From Oscillospiraceae bacterium (GTDB taxonomy: Bacteria > Bacillota > Clostridia > Oscillospirales > Ruminococcaceae): a DNA stretch of 49,840 nucleotides. Shown here piece by piece: positions 27,994-36,768 of the stretch. Position numbers and translations under genes: made by a program. The first letter of the stretch is position 1. Each line of letters starts with the position of its first letter. Location: positions 1 through 49,840 of the forward strand of contig JAZQMT010000083.1 of NCBI GenBank assembly GCA_045543635.1, in the 5' to 3' direction. The notes beneath the pieces were generated by a model. It did not search any database and was not told the DNA's origin. It saw only the letters and a program-made list of their open reading frames with translations.

Positions 27994-28273
27994 TGTGTTA
28001 AAAGGCATTGACGAAGAGTATGCAAAAGAATGTCCCACAGAGAGATGGCGGGTTTGGTGAAAGTCCATCGGAAACAGCTTTTGTGTTTGTAGCTTCTGAG
28101 CCGGGAGGAAGAAAGTGATATTTACAAGTAGAACCTTCCCGTGATTGCTGCGTAAAGGCATAGAGGTTGATAGACCTTAAAGAGTGGCAGTGTAAGCTGC
28201 AATTTGAGTGGTACCGCGGGTGTAATTAACAGGCACTCGTCTCAAAGTCATAGCTTTGGGGCGGGTGCTTTTT
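27994..28273 (+). promoter_or_regulatory. T-box leader 2 (tentative specifier GUA, Val)
   Basis: AGAGAG plus GGTGAAA. T-box AATTTGAGTGGTACCGCGG (28201-28219). Terminator GCACTCGTCTCAAAG/CTTTGGGGCGGGTGC (28233-28268) plus T-run. Candidate codon GTA at 28089-28091. The 3' half is nearly identical to leader 1. Confidence 0.85.
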
Positions 28274-28301
28274 CGTCCCGATAGAACGGAGAAGGATTTA
28301 T

Positions 28302-30590
28302 ATGAAACAGATTACAGGGCTTGATTTCAAAATAAGAGAAATGGCAGGGCGAATTCGTGAGCTTCGTGAGATCGTCGGGCTAACCGCTGAGGAGATGGCG
28401 CAGAAAACCGATGTTTCGGTAGAAGAATACTTGCTTTGCGAAGAGGGCAAGAGTGATCTTAACTTTGCTTTTATCTATCGTTGTGCGCTTGCTTTCGGCG
28501 TTAATGTTACCGACATTATTGAGGGATACAGCCCCAACCTGCGCTCCTATACCGTTACAAGAAATCAGGCGGGTCAGGAGATAGCAAATGCACACGGCAT
28601 GACTTATTATAACCTTGCCTATGCTTTTCAAAACAGAATTGCCGAGCCGCTTTATGTCCGCAGTGTTTATGACGAGGCGGCACAGGGCAAGGATATTGAG
28701 CTTACGACCCATTCGGGGCAGGAATGTGATATTATCGTCGAAGGAAATCTCATGGTGCAGATAGGTGAGCACAGAGAAATTTTAGGTCCCGGCGACAGTA
28801 TTTACTTCGATAGCTCTACCCCGCACGGCATGATTGCTACCGGCGGTAAAGATTGTGTGTTCTACGCGATTGTTTTAAATCCGACGGGTGAACCCATTCC
28901 CGAGCTTACTGCCCGTCCTAAAATTCCTGAAACTGCAAAAATTCCTGATGATACCCGCGAGAGAATTTACCGCAATTATACCAAAGTTACAAAAAATGAA
29001 AACGGAACCCCGGTTTCCATTGAGTTTAAAAACACGGATAGGTTTAACTTTGCTTTTGACCTTGTGGATAAACTTGCAGAGCGTGAGCCCGAAAAGCTTG
29101 CAATGCTTCATATTTCAAAGGATAAAACCGAACGCCGTATAACATTTTCGGATGTAAGCCGTGCTTCTAACCAATGCGCGAATTATTTTAAATCGCTTGG
29201 CATTAAAAAGGGTGACCGCGTCATGCTGGTCCTAAAACGCCATTATCAGTTCTGGTTTGCAATGATTGGTTTAAATAAGCTTGGAGCCATTGCAATTCCC
29301 GCCACAAATCAGCTTTTGGAGCATGATTTTGAATATCGCTTCAAGGCAGCGGGTGTTAGTGCTGTTATCTGCACTGCCGATGGGGATACAGCAGCACAGG
29401 TTGATATAGCTGCTGAGAAATACGATGGTATAAAAAATAAGCTTATCGTTAACGGCAAGAGAGAGGGATGGCGCAGCTTTGACGAGGAGTACACCCTCTT
29501 TAACAGCTCTTTTGAGCGCACCGAGGATGCTCCCTGCGGTGATGATCTTTTACTTATGTTCTTCACATCGGGAACAACAGGCTATCCTAAAATAGCGGCA
29601 CATAGCCATAAATACCCACTGGGACACTTCCACACTGCGAAATATTGGCACAATGTTGATCCTGACGGGCTGCATTTTACCATTTCTGACACCGGTTGGG
29701 CAAAATCTATGTGGGGCAAGCTGTATGGGCAGTGGATGTGTGAGGCAGCAATATTTGTTTATGACTTTGATCGGTTTGATGCAGCGGATATTCTGCCCAT
29801 GTTTGCAAAATATAACATTACCACCTTCTGTGCACCGCCCACCATGCTGCGCATGATGATAAAGCAAGATATTTCAAAATATGATCTTTCGTCGGTCAAG
29901 CATATGACAACCGCGGGAGAGGCTTTAAACCCCGAGGTTTACCGCCAGTTTGAAAAAGCAACAGGTCTGCAGATTTTGGAGGGCTTCGGTCAGACAGAAA
30001 GCACTATGATCATTGGCAATATGCGCGGTGCGGCGCATAAGGTCGGCTCAATGGGTAAGCCCGCACCCATCTATAATGTCGAGATTATTGATGCAGACGG
30101 AAATCCTGTTCCCACAGGTGAACCGGGTGAAATCGTTATTAATGTTAAAGACGGTATGCCCTGCGGACTCTTTGTCGGTTACTATGGCGATGAGGAGAAA
30201 ACACACGAAGTTCTGCATGACGGATATTATCACACAGGTGATACCGCTTGGCGTGATGAGGACGGGTATTACTGGTATGTCGGCAGAGTTGATGATGTTA
30301 TTAAATCTTCGGGTTACCGTATTGGGCCTTTTGAGATTGAAAGCGTTATCATGGAGCTGCCTTATGTTCTTGAATGTGGTGTTTCAGCTGTTCCTGATGA
30401 GGTGCGCGGTCAAATCGTTAAGGCAAGTATTGTCCTAACAAAGGGCACCGAAGCAACCGAGGAGCTGAAAAAGGAAATTCAAAATTACGTTAAGGAGCAC
30501 ACTGCACCCTATAAATATCCCCGTGTTGTTGTTTTCCGCGAGAGCCTTCCTAAAACTGTCAGCGGAAAGATACAGCGCAATAAGCTATAA
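28302..30590 (+). CDS. HTH(XRE)-cupin-AMP-forming acyl-CoA synthetase fusion (762 aa), paralog 2
   Basis: Same three-module architecture as 25675-27942. Long identical runs, e.g. SSGYRIGPFEIESVIMELPYV, ECGVSAVPDEVRGQ, KEHTAPYKYPRVVVF. Confidence 0.85.
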   Translation: MKQITGLDFKIREMAGRIRELREIVGLTAEEMAQKTDVSVEEYLLCEEGKSDLNFAFIYRCALAFGVNVTDIIEGYSPNLRSYTVTRNQAGQEIANAHGMTYYNLAYAFQNRIAEPLYVRSVYDEAAQGKDIELTTHSGQECDIIVEGNLMVQIGEHREILGPGDSIYFDSSTPHGMIATGGKDCVFYAIVLNPTGEPIPELTARPKIPETAKIPDDTRERIYRNYTKVTKNENGTPVSIEFKNTDRFNFAFDLVDKLAEREPEKLAMLHISKDKTERRITFSDVSRASNQCANYFKSLGIKKGDRVMLVLKRHYQFWFAMIGLNKLGAIAIPATNQLLEHDFEYRFKAAGVSAVICTADGDTAAQVDIAAEKYDGIKNKLIVNGKREGWRSFDEEYTLFNSSFERTEDAPCGDDLLLMFFTSGTTGYPKIAAHSHKYPLGHFHTAKYWHNVDPDGLHFTISDTGWAKSMWGKLYGQWMCEAAIFVYDFDRFDAADILPMFAKYNITTFCAPPTMLRMMIKQDISKYDLSSVKHMTTAGEALNPEVYRQFEKATGLQILEGFGQTESTMIIGNMRGAAHKVGSMGKPAPIYNVEIIDADGNPVPTGEPGEIVINVKDGMPCGLFVGYYGDEEKTHEVLHDGYYHTGDTAWRDEDGYYWYVGRVDDVIKSSGYRIGPFEIESVIMELPYVLECGVSAVPDEVRGQIVKASIVLTKGTEATEELKKEIQNYVKEHTAPYKYPRVVVFRESLPKTVSGKIQRNKL

Positions 30591-30599
30591 GGTGAACTT

Positions 30600-31265
30600 A
30601 TGAATTTTAAGAGAATAACCATGCTTTGCGGGCATTATGGCAGCGGAAAAACCAATGTTGCCGTAAATCTCGCGATTGAAATGAGCAAAATGCATGATAA
30701 TGTTGTGGCGCTTGATTTGGATATTGTTAATCCTTATTTCAGAACAAAGGACAGCATGAAAGAGTTTGAGAAGGCAGGTATCCGCCTTATCGCTTCGGAA
30801 TATGCCAATACCAATGTCGATATTCCTGCGCTGCCGCAGGAAATGTATGCGGTAACCGACGATAAGAGCATCACAGCCGTTTTGGATGTGGGAGGAGACG
30901 ATCGGGGAGCGCTGGCGCTGGGGCGCCTTGCCCCCGCGATACTTTCTGAAAACGATTATGAAATGCTTATGGTCATAAACTGCTACCGTCCGCTTACCAA
31001 AACCGCAGAACAGACGATAGAAGTTATGCATGAAATCGAAACCGCCTGTAAAATGAAATTTACAGGTTTAGTCAATAACTCAAATCTCGGTGCAGTGACA
31101 ACGAAAGAGGATATATTAGCCTCTCTGCCTTATGCCGAGGAGGTTTCTCTCAAAACGGGGCTTCCCCTTGTTTTGACCAGTGTTCGCGAGGATATTTCCG
31201 AAGAACTTTTGGGAAAGGTTCCAAACCTTTTTCCGATGCGGCTTCAGAAAACCCTCTTGATATAA
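30600..31265 (+). CDS. MinD/ParA-like P-loop NTPase of unknown role
   Basis: Deviant Walker A, CGHYGSGKTNVAVNLA, and DLD (Walker A'/B region). No terminator on either side, so co-transcribed with the synthetase and OFOR genes. Confidence 0.7.
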   Translation: MNFKRITMLCGHYGSGKTNVAVNLAIEMSKMHDNVVALDLDIVNPYFRTKDSMKEFEKAGIRLIASEYANTNVDIPALPQEMYAVTDDKSITAVLDVGGDDRGALALGRLAPAILSENDYEMLMVINCYRPLTKTAEQTIEVMHEIETACKMKFTGLVNNSNLGAVTTKEDILASLPYAEEVSLKTGLPLVLTSVREDISEELLGKVPNLFPMRLQKTLLI

Positions 31266-31297
31266 CCTTTGGATTTTTATGAAAGGGAGTAATAAAT

Positions 31298-31504
31298 ATG
31301 GCAAAACTCACATTTAAAACCGACAACTGTAAGGGTTGCGGACTTTGTATTGATGCCTGCCCCAAGAAGCTTTTAAAGTTAGCTTCGGACAAGATCAACA
31401 AAAAAGGCCACCATCCTGCAGAATTAACTGACGAGGCTGCTTGCGTTGGCTGTGCGTCCTGCGCGATGATGTGCCCCGATTGTATCATCAAGGTAGAAAG
31501 GTAG
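31298..31504 (+). CDS. 2-oxoacid:ferredoxin oxidoreductase delta subunit (2x[4Fe-4S] ferredoxin)
   Basis: CKGCGLCIDACP and CVGCASCAMMCP motifs. Confidence 0.85.
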   Translation: MAKLTFKTDNCKGCGLCIDACPKKLLKLASDKINKKGHHPAELTDEAACVGCASCAMMCPDCIIKVER

Positions 31505-31512
31505 TGAAATAA

Positions 31513-32580
31513 ATGGCAGATAAAGTTTTAATGAAAGGAAACGAAGCAATTGCTGAAGCTGCAATTCTTGCAGGTTGCCGCCATTACTTTGGTTATCCTA
31601 TCACACCGCAAACGGAAATAGCAGCCTACATGGCAAAGAAAATGCCGAAGATCGGCGGATGCTTTTTGCAGGCAGAGAGTGAAATTGCCGCCATTAATAT
31701 GGTTTACGGCGTTTCTTCGACAGGTAAAAGAGTTATGACCTCGTCTTCCTCCCCCGGAATTTCCTTAAAGGGTGAGGGACTTTCGTATCTCGCAGGTGCA
31801 GACCTTCCCGCTCTTATTGTAAATGTTCAGCGCGGCGGTCCCGGGCTGGGCGGTATCCAGCCCTCACAGTCGGATTATTTCCAGGCAACCAGAGCTGCCG
31901 GCCACGGAGACTTTCATATGATTGTTTTGGCTCCTGCCTCTGTTCAGGAAATGGCAGAGCTCACTGTTCGCGGATTTGAGCTTGCTGATACATATAGAAT
32001 GACTTCCATGATTTTGGCGGACGGTACTATGGGCCAGATGATGGAGCCGGTGTCTCTTGATTTTGAGGTAAAGCCTGCTCCCGCAAAGCCCTGGGCTACC
32101 ACCGGAACCAAAATGGAAAGAGAGCACAATATTGTAAACTCTCTGTTCCTTGTTCCCGATGATCTTGAAAAGACTAACTTTGAGCGCTATGAGCGTTATA
32201 AGAAAATCGAGGAAACCGAAACCATGTACGAGGAGTATATGATGGAGGATGCCGAAATCTGCGTTGCAGCATTCGGTATTGCTGCAAGAGTTTCCAAAAA
32301 TGCCGTTAACGAGGCAAGAAAAATGGGAATAAAGGTCGGTCTTATCCGTCCCATCACCCTTTGGCCGTTCCCGAAAGCTCCTTTCAAGGCTGCTGCCGAA
32401 AAGGTAAAACAAATTATCTCTGTTGAGCTTTCTATGGGACAGATGATCGAGGATGTCAAGATGGCGTCCGAATGCAAGGTTCCCGTAACTCTTTGTAACC
32501 GTGTCGGCGGAATGATTCCCTCTCCCGAGCAGGTTTTACAGGCAATACAAGAGGCTCATAAAAACGGAGGTGCAAAATAA
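31513..32580 (+). CDS. 2-oxoacid:ferredoxin oxidoreductase alpha subunit (VorB/KorA-like)
   Basis: GNEA.AEAA..AGC....GYPITPQTEI N-terminus typical of OFOR alpha subunits. Confidence 0.85.
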   Translation: MADKVLMKGNEAIAEAAILAGCRHYFGYPITPQTEIAAYMAKKMPKIGGCFLQAESEIAAINMVYGVSSTGKRVMTSSSSPGISLKGEGLSYLAGADLPALIVNVQRGGPGLGGIQPSQSDYFQATRAAGHGDFHMIVLAPASVQEMAELTVRGFELADTYRMTSMILADGTMGQMMEPVSLDFEVKPAPAKPWATTGTKMEREHNIVNSLFLVPDDLEKTNFERYERYKKIEETETMYEEYMMEDAEICVAAFGIAARVSKNAVNEARKMGIKVGLIRPITLWPFPKAPFKAAAEKVKQIISVELSMGQMIEDVKMASECKVPVTLCNRVGGMIPSPEQVLQAIQEAHKNGGAK

Positions 32581-33338
32581 TGGCAGTTGTATTTGAGAAA
32601 CCCCATGCATTAACAGATGCTCCCATGCATTACTGCCCCGGCTGCACACACGGTATCGTTCACCGCCTTGTTGCCGAGGTTATCGACGAATTAGGTATCG
32701 AGGGCAAAACCATCGGTATTGCTCCGGTTGGCTGCTCTGTTATGGCTTATAACTATTTTGCTTGCGATATGATCGAGGCTGCACACGGCAGAGCTCCCGC
32801 TGTTGCAACAGGCGTTAAACGCTCCGATCCCGAAAATCACATCGTTTTCACCTATCAGGGCGATGGAGACTTAGCTTCTATCGGTATGGCTGAAACCGTT
32901 CATGCCGCCGCAAGAAACGAGAATATTACCGTTATCTTTATTAACAACGCTATTTATGGTATGACAGGTGGTCAGATGGCTCCCACCTCGCTGCCCGGTC
33001 AGGTCACCCAGACCTCGCCTTACGGCAGAGACACAAGCCACTGCGGTTTCCCTGTTAAGGTTTGCGAAATGCTTTCTCAGCTTGATGGACCCGAGTATTT
33101 AGAGCGTGTCACGGTTAACAATGTGAAAAATATCCGTGCTGCAAAGAAAGCTATCAAAAAAGCATTTCAAAATCAGGTCGAGGGCAAGGGCTTCTCTCTT
33201 GTTGAAGTCGTTTCCTCCTGTCCGACCAACTGGGGCATGACTCCGCAGGCGGCTCTTAAATGGATCGACGATAATATGCTTCCTTATTATCCTCTCGGAG
33301 TTTATAAGGATAGAAGCGCTAAAAAGGAGGAAGAATAA
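32580..33338 (+). CDS. 2-oxoacid:ferredoxin oxidoreductase beta subunit (TPP-binding)
   Basis: YCPGCTHG, GDGD....G, NN..YGMTGGQ TPP motif. The start overlaps the alpha stop (TAATG). Confidence 0.9.
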   Translation: MAVVFEKPHALTDAPMHYCPGCTHGIVHRLVAEVIDELGIEGKTIGIAPVGCSVMAYNYFACDMIEAAHGRAPAVATGVKRSDPENHIVFTYQGDGDLASIGMAETVHAAARNENITVIFINNAIYGMTGGQMAPTSLPGQVTQTSPYGRDTSHCGFPVKVCEMLSQLDGPEYLERVTVNNVKNIRAAKKAIKKAFQNQVEGKGFSLVEVVSSCPTNWGMTPQAALKWIDDNMLPYYPLGVYKDRSAKKEEE

Positions 33339-33871
33339 TGGCTACAAAACAGTATCTGTTTTCAGGATTCGGCGGTCAGGGAATTTTGTTTTCGGGCAAG
33401 TTCCTTGCCTATAAAGGGCTTACCGAGGGTAAAAATGTCAGCTGGCTTCCTTCCTATGGTCCCGAAATGCGTGGCGGAACTGCTAGCTGCAGTGTTATCA
33501 TCAGTGACGAGGCAGTAGGCTCTCCCATCGTTTCCAACCCCGATGTTCTTGTCGCTATGAACCTTCCCTCGCTCGATAAGTTTGAGGAAGCAGTTGTTCC
33601 CGGCGGCATCATCATCGCTGACTCCACGCTCATTGAGAGAAAAGTTAAACGCGATGATGTAACGGTTTATTATGTTCCTGCAACACGCCTTGCAAGTGAA
33701 AATGAAATTCCCACCCTCGCGAATATGATCATCATTGGCAAGCTCATGCAGGCTGTCAGCGAGTATAGCGAGGAGAGCGTTAACACCGCGCTTTCCAAGG
33801 TCATCTCGGCAAAACGCGCCAATATGCTTGAGGCAAACTTTAAGGCGATCAAAATCGGCGCAGAATACTAA
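33338..33871 (+). CDS. 2-oxoacid:ferredoxin oxidoreductase gamma subunit
   Basis: GFGGQGILFSGK...YGPEMRGG motif. Confidence 0.85.
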   Translation: MATKQYLFSGFGGQGILFSGKFLAYKGLTEGKNVSWLPSYGPEMRGGTASCSVIISDEAVGSPIVSNPDVLVAMNLPSLDKFEEAVVPGGIIIADSTLIERKVKRDDVTVYYVPATRLASENEIPTLANMIIIGKLMQAVSEYSEESVNTALSKVISAKRANMLEANFKAIKIGAEY

Positions 33872-33888
33872 TTTGGGAGGAAAAGTCA

Positions 33889-34953
33889 ATGCAGATTTCT
33901 TTTACAAAAACCACCTGCCCCAAAGAAAAACCCGATAGCAGCACTTTGGGCTTTGGTAAAATCTTTACCGACCATATGTTTATGATGGATTATTCGAGAG
34001 AAAAGGGTTGCTGGTATAATGCCAGAATAGTTCCTTTTGAGAATATTTCCCTTCACCCCGCTTCAACCGTTCTGCACTACGGCTCGGAGATTTTTGAGGG
34101 ACTTAAGGCTTACAGAAGAAAGGACGGAAAGGTTCAGCTTTTCCGCCCCATCGAAAATATCCGCCGCATGAACAATTCGGCAGAGCGCCTTTGCCTTCCT
34201 CAGATTCCTGAGGAGGATGCAATGCAGGTTTTAACCGAATTTGTAAAGGTTGAGCAGGATTGGACCCCCGGCGCAGAGGGAACCTCTCTTTATCTGCGTC
34301 CCTTTATGTTCGGAAATGATGAGTCTCTGGGTGTTCACGCCGTTCATAATGCAACCTTTGTTATCATTGCTTCCCCAGTCGGCAGCTATTATAAAGAGGG
34401 CATTAACCCCGTTAAGATCATGATTGAGGATGAGGATGTCAGAGCTGTTCGCGGTGGTACCGGTTATGCAAAATGCGGCGGTAACTACGCTGCAAGTAAC
34501 CGCGCAGGCGAGCGAGCAGAACGAAAGGGCTATTCTCAGGTGCTCTGGCTCGATGGCGTTGAGAGAAAATATATCGAGGAAGTCGGCGCTATGAACGTTA
34601 TGTTCAAGATAAATGGCGAGATTGTAACACCCGCCCTTACCGGCTCAATCCTTCCCGGTATTACCAGAAAATCCTGCATCGAGCTTCTTACAAAAGAGGG
34701 CTATAAAGTCAGTGAGAGACTTCTTTCTATCGATGAGCTCTCGGCTGCTTTAGAAAACGGAACACTTGAAGAAGCTTGGGGCTGCGGCACCGCGGCTGTT
34801 GTTTCCCCCATCGGTGAGCTTTGCTATAAAGGCAAAAAATACACTGTTTCGGGCGGCAAGATCGGAGAGGTCACCCAGCACCTTTATGATACCTTAACAG
34901 GTATCCAGTGGGGTAAAATCGAGGATACATTCGGTTGGACTGTAGAACTCTAA
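33889..34953 (+). CDS. ilvE: Branched-chain amino acid aminotransferase (long, class IV)
   Basis: FGK.FTDHM, H..LHYG...FEGLKAYR, GG.G.AK..GNYA, GITR, GTAAVV.P motifs. Confidence 0.9.
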   Translation: MQISFTKTTCPKEKPDSSTLGFGKIFTDHMFMMDYSREKGCWYNARIVPFENISLHPASTVLHYGSEIFEGLKAYRRKDGKVQLFRPIENIRRMNNSAERLCLPQIPEEDAMQVLTEFVKVEQDWTPGAEGTSLYLRPFMFGNDESLGVHAVHNATFVIIASPVGSYYKEGINPVKIMIEDEDVRAVRGGTGYAKCGGNYAASNRAGERAERKGYSQVLWLDGVERKYIEEVGAMNVMFKINGEIVTPALTGSILPGITRKSCIELLTKEGYKVSERLLSIDELSAALENGTLEEAWGCGTAAVVSPIGELCYKGKKYTVSGGKIGEVTQHLYDTLTGIQWGKIEDTFGWTVEL

Positions 34954-34965
34954 TAGGAAATGCAG

Positions 34966-34991
34966 GGAGGGGATTATTCCCCTCCTTTTTT
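34966..34991 (+). terminator. Rho-independent terminator ending the T-box-2 unit
   Basis: GGAGGGGA-TTAT-TCCCCTCC followed by TTTTTT. Confidence 0.85.
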
Positions 34992-35037
34992 GCGGGAGGA
35001 TGTGTACACGCACCATACAAAAAATCTTAAAAAACTG

Positions 35038-35066
35038 TTGACAAGGAAAAAAAGCGGTGATATAAT
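35038..35066 (+). promoter_or_regulatory. Promoter of T-box unit 3
   Basis: TTGACA (35038-35043), 17 nt, TATAAT (35061-35066), preceded by TGA (extended -10). Confidence 0.65.
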
Positions 35067-35072
35067 AGGTGC

Positions 35073-35346
35073 ATATTTTAAATGCGTTGAAGGAATTATT
35101 TTTTACTCGCATTTTCATTTCAGAGAGCTGCCGGTGGTGTGAGTGCGGTATGAAAAGGGTAGAAAAGTCTCATTCCGGAGCAGAGCGGCTGAAATTTTTA
35201 AAGTAAGCGGCTTCGGTTTGCCCCGTTACCATGGCAAAAGGCTTGATTGAGCTTTGATGAGAGGCTGCGCTTTGCAGCAATCAGGGTGGTACCGCGAAAG
35301 TATTTTCGTCCCTGAGACCGAAATTGTCGGTCTCAGGGCTTTTTTA
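35073..35346 (+). promoter_or_regulatory. T-box leader 3 (specifier CUC, Leu)
   Basis: AGAGAG plus GGTGTGA. Specifier-loop context GAAAAGT-CTC-A (codon 35169-35171 followed by A), then TTCC/GGAA pairing and K-turn GGAGCA. T-box AATCAGGGTGGTACCGCG. Terminator CCCTGAGACCG/CGGTCTCAGGG (35310-35338) plus T-run. Confidence 0.85.
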
Positions 35347-35386
35347 TTGCAGGGGAACGGCAAGAATAAGAAAGGAAAGAAAGTTT

Positions 35387-36766
35387 ATGAAACAAATCAA
35401 AATCGCAGACACAACGCTTTGCAGAAAAGAGGGCGCATTTTCGTTTAAAGAGAAGATTGAAATTGCCCGCCAGTTAGAAAAACTTTGTGTTGATGTTATT
35501 GAGCTTCCCGAAATTGAAAACGCAAAAACTGATATTTTGCTTGTAAAAACGATTTCCTCTTTTGTTAAAAAGAGTGTTATTTCGGTTGCCGCGGGAAGCA
35601 GCCGCGAGAGTATTGAGAATGCCGCGTTAGCACTTTCCAACGCTCAAAAAGGCAGAATTCGTATTCAGCTTCCCGTTTCCCCTGTCACAATGGAATATGT
35701 AAGCCGCAAAAAAGCCCCCAAAATGCTTGAGTGGATTTCTGAGGCGGTTTCTTTTGCAAAAGAGAAATGCGCTGATGTTGAGTTTTGCGCTGTAGATGCC
35801 ACCCGCGCTGATAACGGCTATCTGGCGCAGGCTATCGAGGCTGCAGTTTCTGCAGGGGCTACCTGTGTAACTGTTTGCGATAGTGCCGCCGAAATGATGC
35901 CCGATGATTTTGCTGCTTTTATTGCACAAACCATAAAGGAGTGCAGGGTTCCTGTCGGCGTTCATTGCGAAAATAAAAACGGACTTGCGGTTGCCGCCGC
36001 TATCCTCTCGGTAAGAGTGGGAGCAGACTGTGTTAAGACTTCGGTAAACGGTGAGGGTGTTCCTCTTGATACCTTTGCAAATATGATTCGCAACTGCGGA
36101 AATAACTATGATTTTGAGGCGGGAATTCGCAGCACCGAGCTTCATAGAATAGTAAAACAGATCAACTGGATTGCGGGAAACAGCGAAAATGCAAAATCCG
36201 TTGTTTCTGTATCAAATGCGGATGAGATTGGAATTCATCTTGATGTTAAGGATTCTCAGGAGGATGTTTATGCCGCTGTTAAAAAGCTCGGCTATGACCT
36301 TTCTGAGGAGGATCAAGCAAGAGTTTATGAAGAGTTTATCCGCGTTGCCGCTAAAAAGACTGTTGGCGCAAAAGAGCTGGATGCTATCGTTGCCAGCGTT
36401 GCTCTGCAGGTTCCCTCAACCTATCAGCTTGTAAGTTATGTTATAAATAACGGAAACATCATTTCCGCAACCGCACAGATTACCCTCAACAAAAACGGCG
36501 CTCCTATGCAGGGCTTCTCACTTGGTGACGGACCTATTGACGCCGCTTTCCTCGCTATCGACCAGATTATCGGCCACCACTATGAGCTTGATGATTTCCA
36601 GATCCAGTCGGTAACCGAGGGAAAAGAGGCTATGGGCTCTGCATTGGTTAAGCTTCGTGCGGGCGGTAAGCTCTATTCAGGCAACGGAATTTCCACTGAT
36701 ATTATCGGTGCAAGCATCAGAGCTTATCTCAATGCCGTGAATAAAATTGTTTATGAGGAGGCATAA
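35387..36766 (+). CDS. 2-isopropylmalate synthase-like protein with a degenerate catalytic site and an intact LeuA regulatory (LeuA_dimer) domain
   Basis: HMGL-like barrel, but DTTLRDGEQ is DTTLCRKEG, HCHND is HCENK, and GERAGN is GEGVPL. The C-terminus keeps GDGPIDAAF...TEGKEAMG...GNGISTDIIGASIRAYLNAVNK. The ATG at 35387 lies downstream of the leader terminator. Confidence 0.75.
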   Translation: MKQIKIADTTLCRKEGAFSFKEKIEIARQLEKLCVDVIELPEIENAKTDILLVKTISSFVKKSVISVAAGSSRESIENAALALSNAQKGRIRIQLPVSPVTMEYVSRKKAPKMLEWISEAVSFAKEKCADVEFCAVDATRADNGYLAQAIEAAVSAGATCVTVCDSAAEMMPDDFAAFIAQTIKECRVPVGVHCENKNGLAVAAAILSVRVGADCVKTSVNGEGVPLDTFANMIRNCGNNYDFEAGIRSTELHRIVKQINWIAGNSENAKSVVSVSNADEIGIHLDVKDSQEDVYAAVKKLGYDLSEEDQARVYEEFIRVAAKKTVGAKELDAIVASVALQVPSTYQLVSYVINNGNIISATAQITLNKNGAPMQGFSLGDGPIDAAFLAIDQIIGHHYELDDFQIQSVTEGKEAMGSALVKLRAGGKLYSGNGISTDIIGASIRAYLNAVNKIVYEEA

Positions 36767-36768
36767 AA

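Noticed and set aside
28113-28121. GTGATATTT inside T-box leader 2, matching the array C constant word
   Set aside because: It is a single isolated occurrence with no adjacent mini-hairpin periodicity, so it is probably chance.
30585-31031. 148-aa minus-strand ORF
   Set aside because: It is antisense to the P-loop NTPase gene within a tightly packed + strand operon.
35254-35386. Upstream extensions of the LeuA-like ORF (starts at 35254 or 35324)
   Set aside because: These start codons lie inside the T-box antiterminator/terminator of leader 3. The ATG at 35387 has the SD-like AAAGGAAAG and gives the conserved N-terminus.
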